This document shows positions 1 to 8,611 of a DNA stretch of 64,000 nt, in pieces. Position numbers and translations under genes: made by a program. The DNA comes from Thiohalobacterales bacterium (lineage in GTDB: Bacteria > Pseudomonadota > Gammaproteobacteria > Thiohalobacterales > Thiohalobacteraceae), in NCBI GenBank assembly GCA_041739295.1, contig JBGSOE010000441.1, forward strand, positions 123-64,122, in the 5' to 3' direction. Below the pieces are notes generated by a model. The model was not told where the DNA came from. It worked only from the letters and a program-made list of their open reading frames with translations, and made no database searches. The first letter of the stretch is position 1; every line of letters starts with the position of its first letter.

Positions 1-17
1 ATTAATCAGAGGTTCCC
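1..17. mobile_element. Right terminus of a MITE-like element, truncated by the window edge
   Basis: ATTAATCAGAGGTTCCC followed by TA (18-19). This matches the right termini of the complete copies at 3823-4029 and 6901-7043. Confidence 0.6.
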
Positions 18-33
18 TAAGTCTATTATTACG

Positions 34-130
34 TCCCCTCGCCCTTGACGGGAGAGGGACAGGGTGAAAATTCACGCGGGCATGAAGCTATGCCCCTCAC
101 CCTAACCCTCTCCCGCAAGGGGATAGGGGA
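34..130. repeat. Imperfect palindromic intergenic element (GGGAGAGGG..AGGGTGA / TCACCCT..CCCTCTCCC type), copy 1
   Basis: The arm TCCCCTCGCCCTTGACGGGAGAGGGACAGGGTGA pairs with CCCCTCACCCTAACCCTCTCCCGCAAGGGGATAGGGGA. The loop holds a small GGGCAT/ATGCCC hairpin. A second copy lies at 3714-3810. Confidence 0.8.
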
Positions 131-139
131 TAAAGGGCA

Positions 140-508
140 TCAATTCACCACCGGCTCTTTGCGCGTGTGGCCGACCTTGGCGAGTTTGTCCAGGTATTCC
201 TGCCAATAGCGTTCCTGATTCTTGCCCAGATCATACAACGTATCCCAGGCATATATGCCGGTGTTGTGGTTGTCATCGAAGAACAACTGGATGGCGTAAA
301 CACCAACCTGCTCGATGCTCTCGATGTTGACGTCTTCCTTGCCAAGCTGCAGGACGCCCTGACCGGGACCATGACCCTGGACCTCGGCCGAGGGTGAGTG
401 CACGCGCAAATATTCGGCCGGAAGATTGAAGCGCGAGCCGTCTTCAAAGGCGATCTCCAGGATGCGGGATTTCTGGTGCAGATTGATTTCAGTCGGACGG
501 ATGCTCAT
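140..508 (-). CDS. DUF971-family protein (gamma-butyrobetaine hydroxylase-like N-terminal domain)
   Basis: 122-aa ORF directly downstream of hslU. The sequence (AEYLRVHSPSAEVQGH..., YAIQLFFDDNHNTGIYAWDTLY) is typical of the DUF971 family as I recall it. Confidence 0.8.
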   Translation of the reverse strand: MSIRPTEINLHQKSRILEIAFEDGSRFNLPAEYLRVHSPSAEVQGHGPGQGVLQLGKEDVNIESIEQVGVYAIQLFFDDNHNTGIYAWDTLYDLGKNQERYWQEYLDKLAKVGHTRKEPVVN

Positions 509-534
509 GGTTCAGTTCCTCTTGTATAGGCTCC

Positions 535-603
535 AGGTACTAGGTGCTAGGGCCGAGACGGGGTAAGTGAGAAGGCTTTCCTAGTACCTAGCACCTAGTA
601 CCT
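535..603. repeat. Perfect 17-bp-stem hairpin between the hslU stop and the DUF971 start; arms made of 7-nt units
   Basis: AGGTACTAGGTGCTAGG (535-551) is the exact reverse complement of CCTAGCACCTAGTACCT (587-603), with a 35-nt loop. The arms are tandem AGGTRCT / CTAGYAC units. Confidence 0.85.
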
Positions 604-607
604 GCAT

Positions 608-1939
608 TTATAAAATGTACCGGCTCAGATCCTCATCGCTGGCGAGGCTGGCGAGGTGCTCATCGACATAGGCGGTATCAATACTGAATGCCTGGCCAGT
701 ACGGTCGGCGGCCTCGAAGGAAATGGTTTCCAGCAGGCGTTCCATAACCGTGTGCAGGCGGCGCGCGCCGATATTTTCGGTGCGCTCGTTGACCTCCCAG
801 GCCACCTGCGCAATGCGCGCCACACCGTCGGTGGTAAATTCCAGCTGTACACCTTCGGTGCCAAGAAGCGCTGCGTATTGTTCCGTGAGGCTGGCATCGG
901 GCTCGGTGAGAATACGCACAAAATCTTCAACGCCCAGTGCGTCCAGTTCAACGCGAATCGGCAAGCGACCCTGCAGCTCGGGAATCAGATCAGACGGCTT
1001 GGACAAATGGAACGCGCCGGAGGCGATGAACAGCATATGATCGGTCTTGACCATGCCGTGCTTGGTGGTCACGGTGCTGCCCTCGACCAGCGGCAGCAGA
1101 TCGCGTTGTACGCCTTCGCGTGACACGCCCGGTCCGCTGTTCTCGCCGCGCGATGTAACCTTGTCGATCTCGTCGATGAACACTATCCCGTTCTGTTCGA
1201 CCATCTGCAGCGCACGCAGTTTGAGGTCTTCCTCGTTGACCAGTTTGGCCGCCTCCTCGTCGAGCAGCAGCTTCATGGCCTCTCCCACGCGCAGTTTGCG
1301 GCGTTTGGTGCGATTGCCGCCGAGATTCTGGAACAGGCCCTGCAATTGGCTGGTCATTTCCTCCATGCCAGGCGGTGCCATGATCTCTACACCAATAGGT
1401 GCGGCCGACACTTCGAGCTCAACTTCGCGATCGTCTAATCGGCCTTCACGCAATAGTTTGCGGAATTTCTGGCGGGTTTCACTGCCCTCTGACTCGCCGC
1501 TGTCGGACGGGACAAAGCCAATCGGTCGCGGCAGCAGCGCATCAAGGACGCGTTCCTCCACAGCGTCTTCGGCGCGGTGGCGTACCTTGTCCATCTCCTG
1601 TTCGCGGGTCATCTTGATGGCCACATCCACCAAGTCGCGGACGATGGATTCCACGTCGCGGCCGACATAGCCGACCTCGGTGAACTTGGTGGCTTCAACC
1701 TTGATGAACGGTGCATTGGCGAGTTTGGCGAGCCGGCGCGCGATCTCGGTCTTGCCGACACCGGTCGGGCCAATCATAAGAATGTTCTTGGGGGTGATCT
1801 CGTTGCGCAGTTCACCCTCGACCTGCATGCGCCGCCAGCGATTACGCAGGGCAATCGCCACGGCGCGTTTGGCATCGGTCTGGCCGATGATGTGCTTGTC
1901 GAGTTCCTGGACGATCTCGCGGGGGGTCATTTCGGACAT
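608..1939 (-). CDS. hslU: ATP-dependent protease ATPase subunit HslU
   Basis: 443 aa. N-terminus [20 protein letters not shown], Walker [17 protein letters not shown]-terminal DLSRYIL. Confidence 0.97.
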   Translation of the reverse strand: MSEMTPREIVQELDKHIIGQTDAKRAVAIALRNRWRRMQVEGELRNEITPKNILMIGPTGVGKTEIARRLAKLANAPFIKVEATKFTEVGYVGRDVESIVRDLVDVAIKMTREQEMDKVRHRAEDAVEERVLDALLPRPIGFVPSDSGESEGSETRQKFRKLLREGRLDDREVELEVSAAPIGVEIMAPPGMEEMTSQLQGLFQNLGGNRTKRRKLRVGEAMKLLLDEEAAKLVNEEDLKLRALQMVEQNGIVFIDEIDKVTSRGENSGPGVSREGVQRDLLPLVEGSTVTTKHGMVKTDHMLFIASGAFHLSKPSDLIPELQGRLPIRVELDALGVEDFVRILTEPDASLTEQYAALLGTEGVQLEFTTDGVARIAQVAWEVNERTENIGARRLHTVMERLLETISFEAADRTGQAFSIDTAYVDEHLASLASDEDLSRYIL

Positions 1940-1942
1940 AGT

Positions 1943-2015
1943 GGCTTAGGGTCTGGGGGCTAGGGCTAGGAGATTTGCTTGAGTTTGAAGTCCCAAGCCC
2001 CTAGTCCCTAATCCC
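1943..2015. repeat. Imperfect palindromic element filling the hslV-hslU spacer
   Basis: GGCTTAGGGTCTGGGGGCTAGGG pairs with CCCAAGCCCCTAGTCCCTAATCC (about 19 of 23 positions). The arms are built of approximately 7-nt TAGGGNC-like units. Confidence 0.7.
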
Positions 2016-2016
2016 T

Positions 2017-2553
2017 TCAGCTCAATTCCTCAATCGTGAGATTACGGTTGGTGTAAATGCAGATATCAGCCGCGATGTTGAGACTGCGCTCAACAATATC
2101 GTGTGCTGACAGTTCGGTGTTATCCAACAGCGCGCGCGCGGCGGCCTGGGCAAAGGGACCACCGGAACCGATCGCGATCAGGCCTTCTTCGGGTTCGATC
2201 ACATCGCCGTTGCCGGTGATGATCAGCGACGCGGTCTTGTCGGCCACCGCCAGCAGCGCCTCCAAACGGCGCAACATTCTATCGGTACGCCAGTCCTTGG
2301 CCAGCTCGACGGCGGCACGGGTCAGATTGCCGTGATGCTTATCCAGCTTGGCTTCGAAGCGCTCGAACAGGGTGAAGGCATCTGCCGTGCCGCCGGCGAA
2401 ACCGGCCAGCACCTGATCCTTGAACAGGCGGCGCACCTTGCGCGCGTTGCTCTTGAGCACGGTATTGCCCTGAGTGACCTGACCGTCACCGCCGATCACG
2501 ACGCTGTCGCCGCGCCGTACTGCAATGATGGTTGTCCCGTGAAACTGTTCCAC
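2017..2553 (-). CDS. hslV: ATP-dependent protease subunit HslV
   Basis: 178 aa with a GTG start. Contains [10 protein letters not shown] (catalytic Thr region) and GDGQVT. Confidence 0.95.
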   Translation of the reverse strand: MEQFHGTTIIAVRRGDSVVIGGDGQVTQGNTVLKSNARKVRRLFKDQVLAGFAGGTADAFTLFERFEAKLDKHHGNLTRAAVELAKDWRTDRMLRRLEALLAVADKTASLIITGNGDVIEPEEGLIAIGSGGPFAQAAARALLDNTELSAHDIVERSLNIAADICIYTNRNLTIEELS

Positions 2554-2760
2554 TGCCGGCCTCCCGGACCGTTAAAGGGGGTCAATTCTACACTATCGCA
2601 CTGTGTCGTAGCAGTCGGAAAATCCAGACATTTCCAGGGTTAGAAAGCGTTTTTGGACAAGGCTGAGTGGGGGGAGCGGTTTTGGCCGCGAAGAGGCAAA
2701 ATAGAATGGCTTCACCAGAAATCGAGATATAAAGAATATTACTGTTAACACTAATAATTT

Positions 2761-3669
2761 CTACTTGCGCCGCTTTGCACGCGGATGCGCCTTATCGTAA
2801 ACATCTGCAAGATGTTGAAAATCCAGGTGGGTATAGACTTGAGTGGTGCTGATGTCGGCATGCCCGAGCAATTCCTGTACAGCACGCAAGTCGCCACTGG
2901 ATTCGAGCAGATGACTGGCGAAGGAATGCCGCAGCATGTGCGGATGCACGCGCCCCTCCATGCCTTGACGACGTGCCCACTGGTCGAGGCGCTGCTGGAC
3001 CGAACGTGCTGCTAAGCGTTTACCACCACGACCGATGAACAGCGCGCGTTGCTCAGAACCTGGCGGCAGCAGATCGTTACGTATGCCGAGCCAAGCGTGC
3101 AGCGCGGTCACAGCTTTGCGACCTACGGGTACCACTCGCGTCTTACGGCCCTTGCCGATGACAGTGACCAGCCCGCCATCCAGATCCAGATCGGGAAGAT
3201 CCAGACCAGTGAGTTCTGAGAGCCGTAAGCCGGAGGAGTACATCAATTCCATGAGGGCTTGGTCACGGACGGCCAGGGGTTGGCTGGTGACGATGGTCAG
3301 CAAACGCTCCATCTGGTCCACGTCCAGCACGCCAGGCAGGCGCCGCTCACTCTTCGGCGCGCGAATATCCTGGGCGGGGTTATGGCCGATGCGACCCTCG
3401 CGCAGCAGAAATTCATACAGGCCACGCACCGCCGAGAGCCGGCGTTGGATACTCCGTCCCGCAAGACCTTGGCGATGGCAGGCTGCGGCGAAGGCGCGGA
3501 TGTCATGGGCCGTGAGTGCCGGCCAGTCTTCTTTACTGTGTTGATCGCAGAAGTGAATCAGGGCCTGCAGGTCGCGGCTATATGCCGCATGGGTATGCGG
3601 TGATAACCGCCGTTCCTGCTGCAGATGATTCAGGTATTGATTCAGAGTGGCGAGGGCGGAGGCAATCAT
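2761..3669 (-). CDS. xerC: Tyrosine recombinase XerC
   Basis: 302 aa. Contains HMLRHSFASHLL and LLGHADISTTQVYTH (R-H-R-Y catalytic signature). Lies in the conserved dapF-DUF484-xerC order. Confidence 0.9.
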   Translation of the reverse strand: MIASALATLNQYLNHLQQERRLSPHTHAAYSRDLQALIHFCDQHSKEDWPALTAHDIRAFAAACHRQGLAGRSIQRRLSAVRGLYEFLLREGRIGHNPAQDIRAPKSERRLPGVLDVDQMERLLTIVTSQPLAVRDQALMELMYSSGLRLSELTGLDLPDLDLDGGLVTVIGKGRKTRVVPVGRKAVTALHAWLGIRNDLLPPGSEQRALFIGRGGKRLAARSVQQRLDQWARRQGMEGRVHPHMLRHSFASHLLESSGDLRAVQELLGHADISTTQVYTHLDFQHLADVYDKAHPRAKRRK

Positions 3670-3713
3670 GGCATCGGTTCAGTTGATAAGCCGTAAACCA
3701 AGCAAAATACAGA

Positions 3714-3810
3714 TTCCCTCCCCCGTTGACGTGGGAGGGCTAGGGAGGAGAGGGTGAACCGGGTCCAAGAGCCCCCTCACCCTAGCCCTCTCCCACAAGG
3801 GGAAAGGGGA
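3714..3810. repeat. Palindromic intergenic element (GGGAGGGCTAGGG / CCCTAGCCCTCTCCC type), copy 2
   Basis: Same family as 34-130. Lies about 10 bp from the left end of the MITE at 3823. Confidence 0.75.
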
Positions 3811-3822
3811 TGATCGTACCTA

Positions 3823-4029
3823 GGGAACCTCTGATTAATTCGCTGAAGCGGCATCTGCCGCGTTGCAGCCGGACTCAAAATACTCATTTACGCCGTGTAA
3901 ACTCCGTTTTTTACTCGGTGCTACGCACCTCGCCCTTCGGGCCGGCTGGCGCCGTTCTCTCCGCTTCGCTTTGGGTCGCCCGTCCGCGCCTTGCATCTGC
4001 TCGCTTGATCAAATTAATCAGAGGATCCC
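3823..4029. mobile_element. MITE-like non-autonomous element, long variant (207 bp)
   Basis: TIRs are GGGAACCTCTGATTAAT (3823-3839) and ATTAATCAGAGGATCCC (4013-4029), with 1 mismatch. Flanked by TA (3821-3822) and TA (4030-4031). About 95 percent identical to the copy at 6901-7043, apart from an extra 66-bp internal segment. Confidence 0.7.
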
Positions 4030-4069
4030 TATCTTCGACGCAACACTGCTGAATCGCGCCGATAACAAA

Positions 4070-4789
4070 TCATGCGGACGGTGCCGGTTCCAGATAAGGT
4101 CCCAAGGCACAGGCGACCAGTTCACCGAGGCAGCGCAGGAATAGCGTGTCCATGGCCGGGTGAAAGCGGTGATCGTCATGGCTGCCGATGGCGAGCATCC
4201 CGAGTTCGGCTTCAACACCGAGCGGGATCAATGCCGTCGAGGCGATTGCTTCGGCCTGATCACCATAAAGAAAGGCGAGCTGCTCCGGCTTGAGTTCACC
4301 ACACAGCGGACGCACGGCGCGGAAGAACGGCGCGAAGGCGGCCAGGGCCGTATCGTTCTGATCCAACGGCAAGGTGCAGGTATCAGTACTGAAATCAGCC
4401 GGTAAGCGCGCTAGACGCAACGCAACGGCATCTGCCTTGAAGTCGTCGCGCAGATGGCCATGCACGCGTTCGATGACATCGCCAAGACTGTCGGCGCGCA
4501 TCAGCGCCAATGTCAGCAGGTGTAAATTACGGTGCAATGTGTCGTTGTCGCGACCGACTTGTACCAGTTCCATCAGCTTGCGCTTGTGTTGCTGATTGTG
4601 ATCACGCAGCACCGCTACCTGACGCTCGATCAATGAGACCGCAGGACCGGACACATGCGGGACCTTCAAGGCGGCGACCAAGGCCAAGTGATCATTGAAG
4701 AATTCCGGGTGTTCGCGCAGATACTGCTCAACCTGCTCGGCGGAAAGTTTTGTAACGTTGGGACTGGAGCCCAGAGTTTGTGTGGTCAT
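4070..4789 (-). CDS. DUF484-family protein (YigA-like)
   Basis: 239 aa. N-terminal [14 protein letters not shown]. Sits between dapF and xerC, as in E. coli and Pseudomonas. Confidence 0.85.
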   Translation of the reverse strand: MTTQTLGSSPNVTKLSAEQVEQYLREHPEFFNDHLALVAALKVPHVSGPAVSLIERQVAVLRDHNQQHKRKLMELVQVGRDNDTLHRNLHLLTLALMRADSLGDVIERVHGHLRDDFKADAVALRLARLPADFSTDTCTLPLDQNDTALAAFAPFFRAVRPLCGELKPEQLAFLYGDQAEAIASTALIPLGVEAELGMLAIGSHDDHRFHPAMDTLFLRCLGELVACALGPYLEPAPSA

Positions 4790-5616
4790 AATTCAATCTG
4801 GCCCTCAAAGACGCGGGTCGCCGGACCCGTCATGTATAGCGGTTGTCCGATGCCGGCCCAGCTTATCACAAGATCGCCACCTGTCAGGCTGACGCGGACC
4901 TCAGTATCGAGGTCACCTTGAATTTGTCCAACGACAACTGCCGCGCAAGCGCCCGATCCGCAGGCCGCTGTCTCACCCGCGCCGCGTTCGTACACACGCA
5001 GACGGATGTGATCACGCGCGACAATCTGCATGAAACCGACATTGACGCGCTTGGGGAAACGCACGTGTCGTTCTATCAATGGCCCCAGTGTTGCGACCGG
5101 CGCAGTAGCAACATCGGCGACTGTCAGCACCGCATGCGGATTGCCCATCGACACCGCACCGATCTCGACACTTTCACTATTGATATTGAGTACATAGTGC
5201 ACCACCTGTGCAGGCGCATCGAACGGAATCTCTTCTGGCAACAGGCGCGGCACGCCCATGTTCACCCTGACCTGACCGTCGTCAAGCAGTACCAGCTCCA
5301 TGCGACCGCTGGCGGTCTCCACCTGTATGCGTGTTTTGGTGGTCAGACCTTCCTCGAACACATAACGCGCGAAGCAACGCGCGCCATTGCCGCATTGCTC
5401 CACCTCGCCGCCATCAGCATTGAAGATGCGATAACGGAAATCAACGTCGCGACTGGTCGGCTTTTCAACCAGCAGGATTTGATCGCAGCCGACACCATGG
5501 CGTCGGTCCGCGATATAGCGCGCCTGTTCCGGCGTGAGCACAATCGGTTGGCGTACGCCGTCGATGATAACGAAGTCGTTGCCCAGTCCGTGCATTTTGG
5601 TGAATTTGATTGGCAT
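4786..5616 (-). CDS. dapF: Diaminopimelate epimerase
   Basis: 276 aa. [15 protein letters not shown], the GNGARC and CGSGACA active-site Cys motifs. Confidence 0.95.
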   Translation of the reverse strand: MPIKFTKMHGLGNDFVIIDGVRQPIVLTPEQARYIADRRHGVGCDQILLVEKPTSRDVDFRYRIFNADGGEVEQCGNGARCFARYVFEEGLTTKTRIQVETASGRMELVLLDDGQVRVNMGVPRLLPEEIPFDAPAQVVHYVLNINSESVEIGAVSMGNPHAVLTVADVATAPVATLGPLIERHVRFPKRVNVGFMQIVARDHIRLRVYERGAGETAACGSGACAAVVVGQIQGDLDTEVRVSLTGGDLVISWAGIGQPLYMTGPATRVFEGQIEL

Positions 5617-5661
5617 AGTACCCAGTCTGCCTGAAACTCACTGCGTGGCAAAGCCCGATCA

Positions 5662-6078
5662 TCACCGCAGCATGAGATAGTCCCGATACACACACCGGTT
5701 CATTATCACCTCAATGCCGGCCGCCTGGGCGCGTAACGCCTCGGCTTCATTGATAACGCCATCCTGCAACCACAGTCGTGGCAGCTTAAGTGCGATGCAA
5801 GCATCGACAATCGGCGCTATCTCTTTGGGATTGCGGAACACGTTCACCAGGTCGACAGGTTCTGGCAACGCGTATAGATCAGGATAGGCCGTTTCACCCA
5901 ATACGCTTTCCACCGCTGGCCGTACCGGGATGATGCGGTAGCCAAACCCCTGCATCGCCTGGGATACCTGATAGCTTGGCCGATTCTGTCGTGGCGACAA
6001 GCCAACGACGGCGATGATTTTGATTTCTGCAAGCAGCGCGCGAAGGCGTTCATGCGAAGGGTTGCTGAAAGTGCTCAT
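5662..6078 (-). CDS. CoA-binding domain protein (YccU-like)
   Basis: 138 aa. KIIAVVGLSPRQNRPSY and VDLVNVFR are typical of the CoA_binding_2 family. Confidence 0.8.
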   Translation of the reverse strand: MSTFSNPSHERLRALLAEIKIIAVVGLSPRQNRPSYQVSQAMQGFGYRIIPVRPAVESVLGETAYPDLYALPEPVDLVNVFRNPKEIAPIVDACIALKLPRLWLQDGVINEAEALRAQAAGIEVIMNRCVYRDYLMLR

Positions 6079-6740
6079 CGGGCATGGCCATGGATGGTGA
6101 CATGCCGATCACCCAATGCGCTGACGGTCAGCCAGTCGATGCCGGTTGCACGCAACTGCGTTTGGATTTCGTCGACGCGGTAAGCGGCCAACAACGAGTG
6201 ATGAAAGTCGTGGCGCAGAATGTCAGGTTCGTTTTGCGCATAGAGTTCAACCAGTGCTTTAGCAGCCTGTTCAGTATCCGGTCGACGCAGGTCCATGACA
6301 AACACCGGCGCGCCCGGCGCGGCGTATTGCAGTACCGCATGCCACAACACCTGTGGTTCGTTTAAGTGATGCAGCAAGCTGTTGGAGATGACAGCGTCGT
6401 AGTGTGCGTGCGGTAATGTTGCACCCGGCAAATAACCTTCAATGAGTTGTACACGGCCTGATAGTTGGGCGTTATGCAGATCATCGCGACCAATGTTCAG
6501 CATGGCGGCTGCGCCGTCGATACCGTGGATGTGTGATTGTGGAAAAGCGCGTGCGAAGCGCTGGCAGATATCGCCCGGCCCACAGCCGAGATCGAGCACA
6601 TGGCCCTGCCCCGTCCAGCGTGGAAAATAGCTGCGAAATTGTTCGATGAATCTATTGTGGGGTTCGGCAAAATCCGCGCGTGCATAGGCGAGCGCCTGCG
6701 CGGGATCATTCATCAGTTCGGGTTCGGGGATGCGGTCCAT
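6075..6740 (-). CDS. Class I SAM-dependent methyltransferase
   Basis: Motif I VLDLGCGPGD. I chose the internal ATG at 6740 (MDRIPEPELMND) because the longer ORF runs into the repeat at 6765-6821. There is a 4-nt overlap with the downstream gene. Confidence 0.8.
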   Translation of the reverse strand: MDRIPEPELMNDPAQALAYARADFAEPHNRFIEQFRSYFPRWTGQGHVLDLGCGPGDICQRFARAFPQSHIHGIDGAAAMLNIGRDDLHNAQLSGRVQLIEGYLPGATLPHAHYDAVISNSLLHHLNEPQVLWHAVLQYAAPGAPVFVMDLRRPDTEQAAKALVELYAQNEPDILRHDFHHSLLAAYRVDEIQTQLRATGIDWLTVSALGDRHVTIHGHAR

Positions 6741-6764
6741 GGTGTTTACTTTACAGTGGGGTGA

Positions 6765-7096
6765 TTTGAACCGCCAAGACGCCAAGGGCGCCAAGACTTT
6801 TGAACCGCCAAGAACGCCAAGTATGATTAGGATGATGGTCTTGCGGATACGTTAGCTGTGCGAGTAACACGGGGCGGTGGCGAGTACTGTGAATAACTTA
6901 AGGAACCTCTGATTAATTCGCTGAAGCGGCATCTGCCGCGTTGCAGCCGGGCTCAAAATACTCATTTACGCCGTGTAAACTCCGTTTTTTCGCCCGTCTG
7001 CGCCTTGCATCCGCTCGCTTGATCAAATTAATCAGAGGTTCCTTAATCAGACTTTCTTGGCGATCTTGGCGATCTTGGCGTACTTGGCGGTTCAAA
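6765..7096. repeat. Palindromic element with arms of tandem CGCCAAGNN 8-9-mers; the loop carries a MITE
   Basis: The left arm TTTTGAACCGCCAAGAACGCCAAG (6798-6821) has a partial duplicate at 6765-6797. It pairs with CTTGGCGTACTTGGCGGTTCAAAA (7073-7096) with 1 mismatch. Extra CTTGGCGAT units lie at 7057-7074. Confidence 0.8.
6901..7043. mobile_element. MITE-like non-autonomous element, short variant (143 bp)
   Basis: Perfect 17-nt TIRs AGGAACCTCTGATTAAT and ATTAATCAGAGGTTCCT. Flanked by TA (6899-6900) and TA (7044-7045). No coding capacity. Confidence 0.75.
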
Positions 7097-7102
7097 AATG
7101 TT

Positions 7103-8350
7103 TTAGGGTAAAACCCGTTCACCCTGCCAAAGACTTTCCAACGTCTCACGGTCGCGCACGATATAGATCTCAGCGCCGTCGATCATGACTTCGGCGGCAC
7201 GCGGGCGTGAGTTGTAGTTGGAGCTCATGGAAAAACCATAGGCGCCGGCGGAACGCACGGCGAGTAGATCGCCGGGTTCCAGCGCGAGTTCGCGATCCTT
7301 ACCGAGGAAGTCGCCGGTTTCACACACCGGGCCGACCAGGTCGTAGACACGCGGTGTCTTGTCCAGGCGCGGTTCGACCGGAATGATCGCCTGCCAGGCA
7401 CCATACAGCGCCGGGCGCAGCAGATCGTTCATGGCCGCGTCGATGATGGCGAAGTCTTTGTGATCGGTGTGCTTAAGGTATTCGACGCGTGTGAGCAGCA
7501 CACCGGCGTTGCCGACGATGGCGCGACCGGGTTCGAGCAGGATTTCAACTTGGTTATCACCGAGCGCCGCGAGCAGCGGTGCAACATAGTCGGCTGGTTC
7601 AGGCGGCTGCTCATCGCGGTAGCGAATACCAAGGCCGCCGCCAAGGTCGAGGTGCTTGATCGCGATGCCGCGCGCCACGAGTCGCTCGATGAGGCTGAGC
7701 ACGCGGGCCAGTGCATCGACAAAGGGCGTGACCTGGGTGAGCTGCGAACCGATGTGGCAATCGATACCTACTACATTGAGATGCGGTAATTCGGCGGCGC
7801 GCGCGTACACCTGTTCGGCAATCTTGATATCAATACCGAACTTGTTTTCCTTAAGGCCCGTGGAGATGTACGGATGGGTGCCGGCGTCCACGTCGGGATT
7901 CACGCGCAGCGACACCGGTGCGTGCACGCCCATTTCCCCAGCTACGCTATTCAAGCGGTCAAGCTCAGCGTCGGATTCAACATTGAAACAACGGATACCG
8001 ACGTCCAGTGCGCGGCGCATTTCGGCGGTAGTTTTACCCACGCCAGAGAAGACGATCTTGCCCGGTTCACCGCCGGCCTTGAGCACACGTTCGAGCTCGC
8101 CGATTGAGACGATGTCAAAGCCGGAGCCTAATCGGGCCAGTACATTCAGCAGCCCCAGGTTTGAGTTGGCCTTGACCGCGTAGCAGATCAGGTGCGGGCG
8201 ATCACCAAGCGCGTTGTCGAAGGCGCGCCAGTGGCGTTCCAGGGTGGCGCGTGAATAGACATAGGTCGGCGTGCCGCAGCGCTCGGCGATAGCGGCAAGC
8301 GGTACGTCCTCGGCATAGAGCTGGCCGTCGTGGTAGTCAAAGTAATCCAT
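7103..8350 (-). CDS. lysA: Diaminopimelate decarboxylase
   Basis: 415 aa. YAVKANSN (PLP lysine), GGGLGI, CETGD. Confidence 0.95.
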   Translation of the reverse strand: MDYFDYHDGQLYAEDVPLAAIAERCGTPTYVYSRATLERHWRAFDNALGDRPHLICYAVKANSNLGLLNVLARLGSGFDIVSIGELERVLKAGGEPGKIVFSGVGKTTAEMRRALDVGIRCFNVESDAELDRLNSVAGEMGVHAPVSLRVNPDVDAGTHPYISTGLKENKFGIDIKIAEQVYARAAELPHLNVVGIDCHIGSQLTQVTPFVDALARVLSLIERLVARGIAIKHLDLGGGLGIRYRDEQPPEPADYVAPLLAALGDNQVEILLEPGRAIVGNAGVLLTRVEYLKHTDHKDFAIIDAAMNDLLRPALYGAWQAIIPVEPRLDKTPRVYDLVGPVCETGDFLGKDRELALEPGDLLAVRSAGAYGFSMSSNYNSRPRAAEVMIDGAEIYIVRDRETLESLWQGERVLP

Positions 8351-8355
8351 GCGAA

Positions 8356-8481
8356 TTATTTCTGGTTGTCGGCGCGGTCGGGCAGATACAGATCGCCCTT
8401 CTGACCACAGCCACTGGTCAACAGTGTGCCGGCGGCCAGTAGGCTAGTCAGGAGCAGCAGGGTCAGTCGAAGTCGAGGCAT
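8356..8481 (-). CDS. lptM: Small lipoprotein LptM/YifL-like
   Basis: Lipobox LLTSGCGQKGDLYLP immediately upstream of lysA. The internal ATG at 8481 gives a 41-aa prolipoprotein. Confidence 0.7.
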   Translation of the reverse strand: MPRLRLTLLLLTSLLAAGTLLTSGCGQKGDLYLPDRADNQK

Positions 8482-8611
8482 TGGTGAGGTCGCCGGTCGG
8501 TGGGATTGCTGCGGGACATTAGCGCAAAGCGGCTGGAGACGCAAAGCGAGAAATGCATGTTAATCAGTATCACGCTGGCGATGTGGCCGCAGTCTCCGGT
8601 AGGATGCCGGC

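Noticed and set aside
2554-2700. Looked for a sigma-32 heat-shock promoter upstream of hslV (CCTTGTCC...ACCCTGGA, and CCCCCTTTA near 2575).
   Set aside because: The matches to CTTGAAA-N13-17-CCCCATNT are poor (about half the positions). The best -10-like element is too close to the start codon to leave room for the GGGAGG ribosome-binding site. The sequence alone does not support it.
2761-3669. Tyrosine recombinase next to a MITE and palindromes: possibly an integrase marking a genomic island.
   Set aside because: The protein has the XerC signature and sits in the conserved dapF-DUF484-xerC context. No att-like direct repeats, tRNA gene or cargo genes are adjacent. It is a housekeeping dimer-resolution recombinase.
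3810-4052. 80-aa and 93-aa ORFs across 3810-4144, and a 78-aa ORF at 6913-7149 that share the peptide EPLINSLKRHLPRCSR.
   Set aside because: The shared peptide is simply the translation of the MITE copies. The ORFs cross the TIRs and other repeats and have no start context. They are not genes.
6765-7096. Considered whether the short periodic repeats (here, and at 22238-22316 and 535-603) could be a CRISPR array or a tandem-repeat locus.
   Set aside because: The units are 5-10 nt and directly adjacent, with no 25-40-nt spacers, and they are arranged as inverted arms. No cas genes are in the window. This is not CRISPR.
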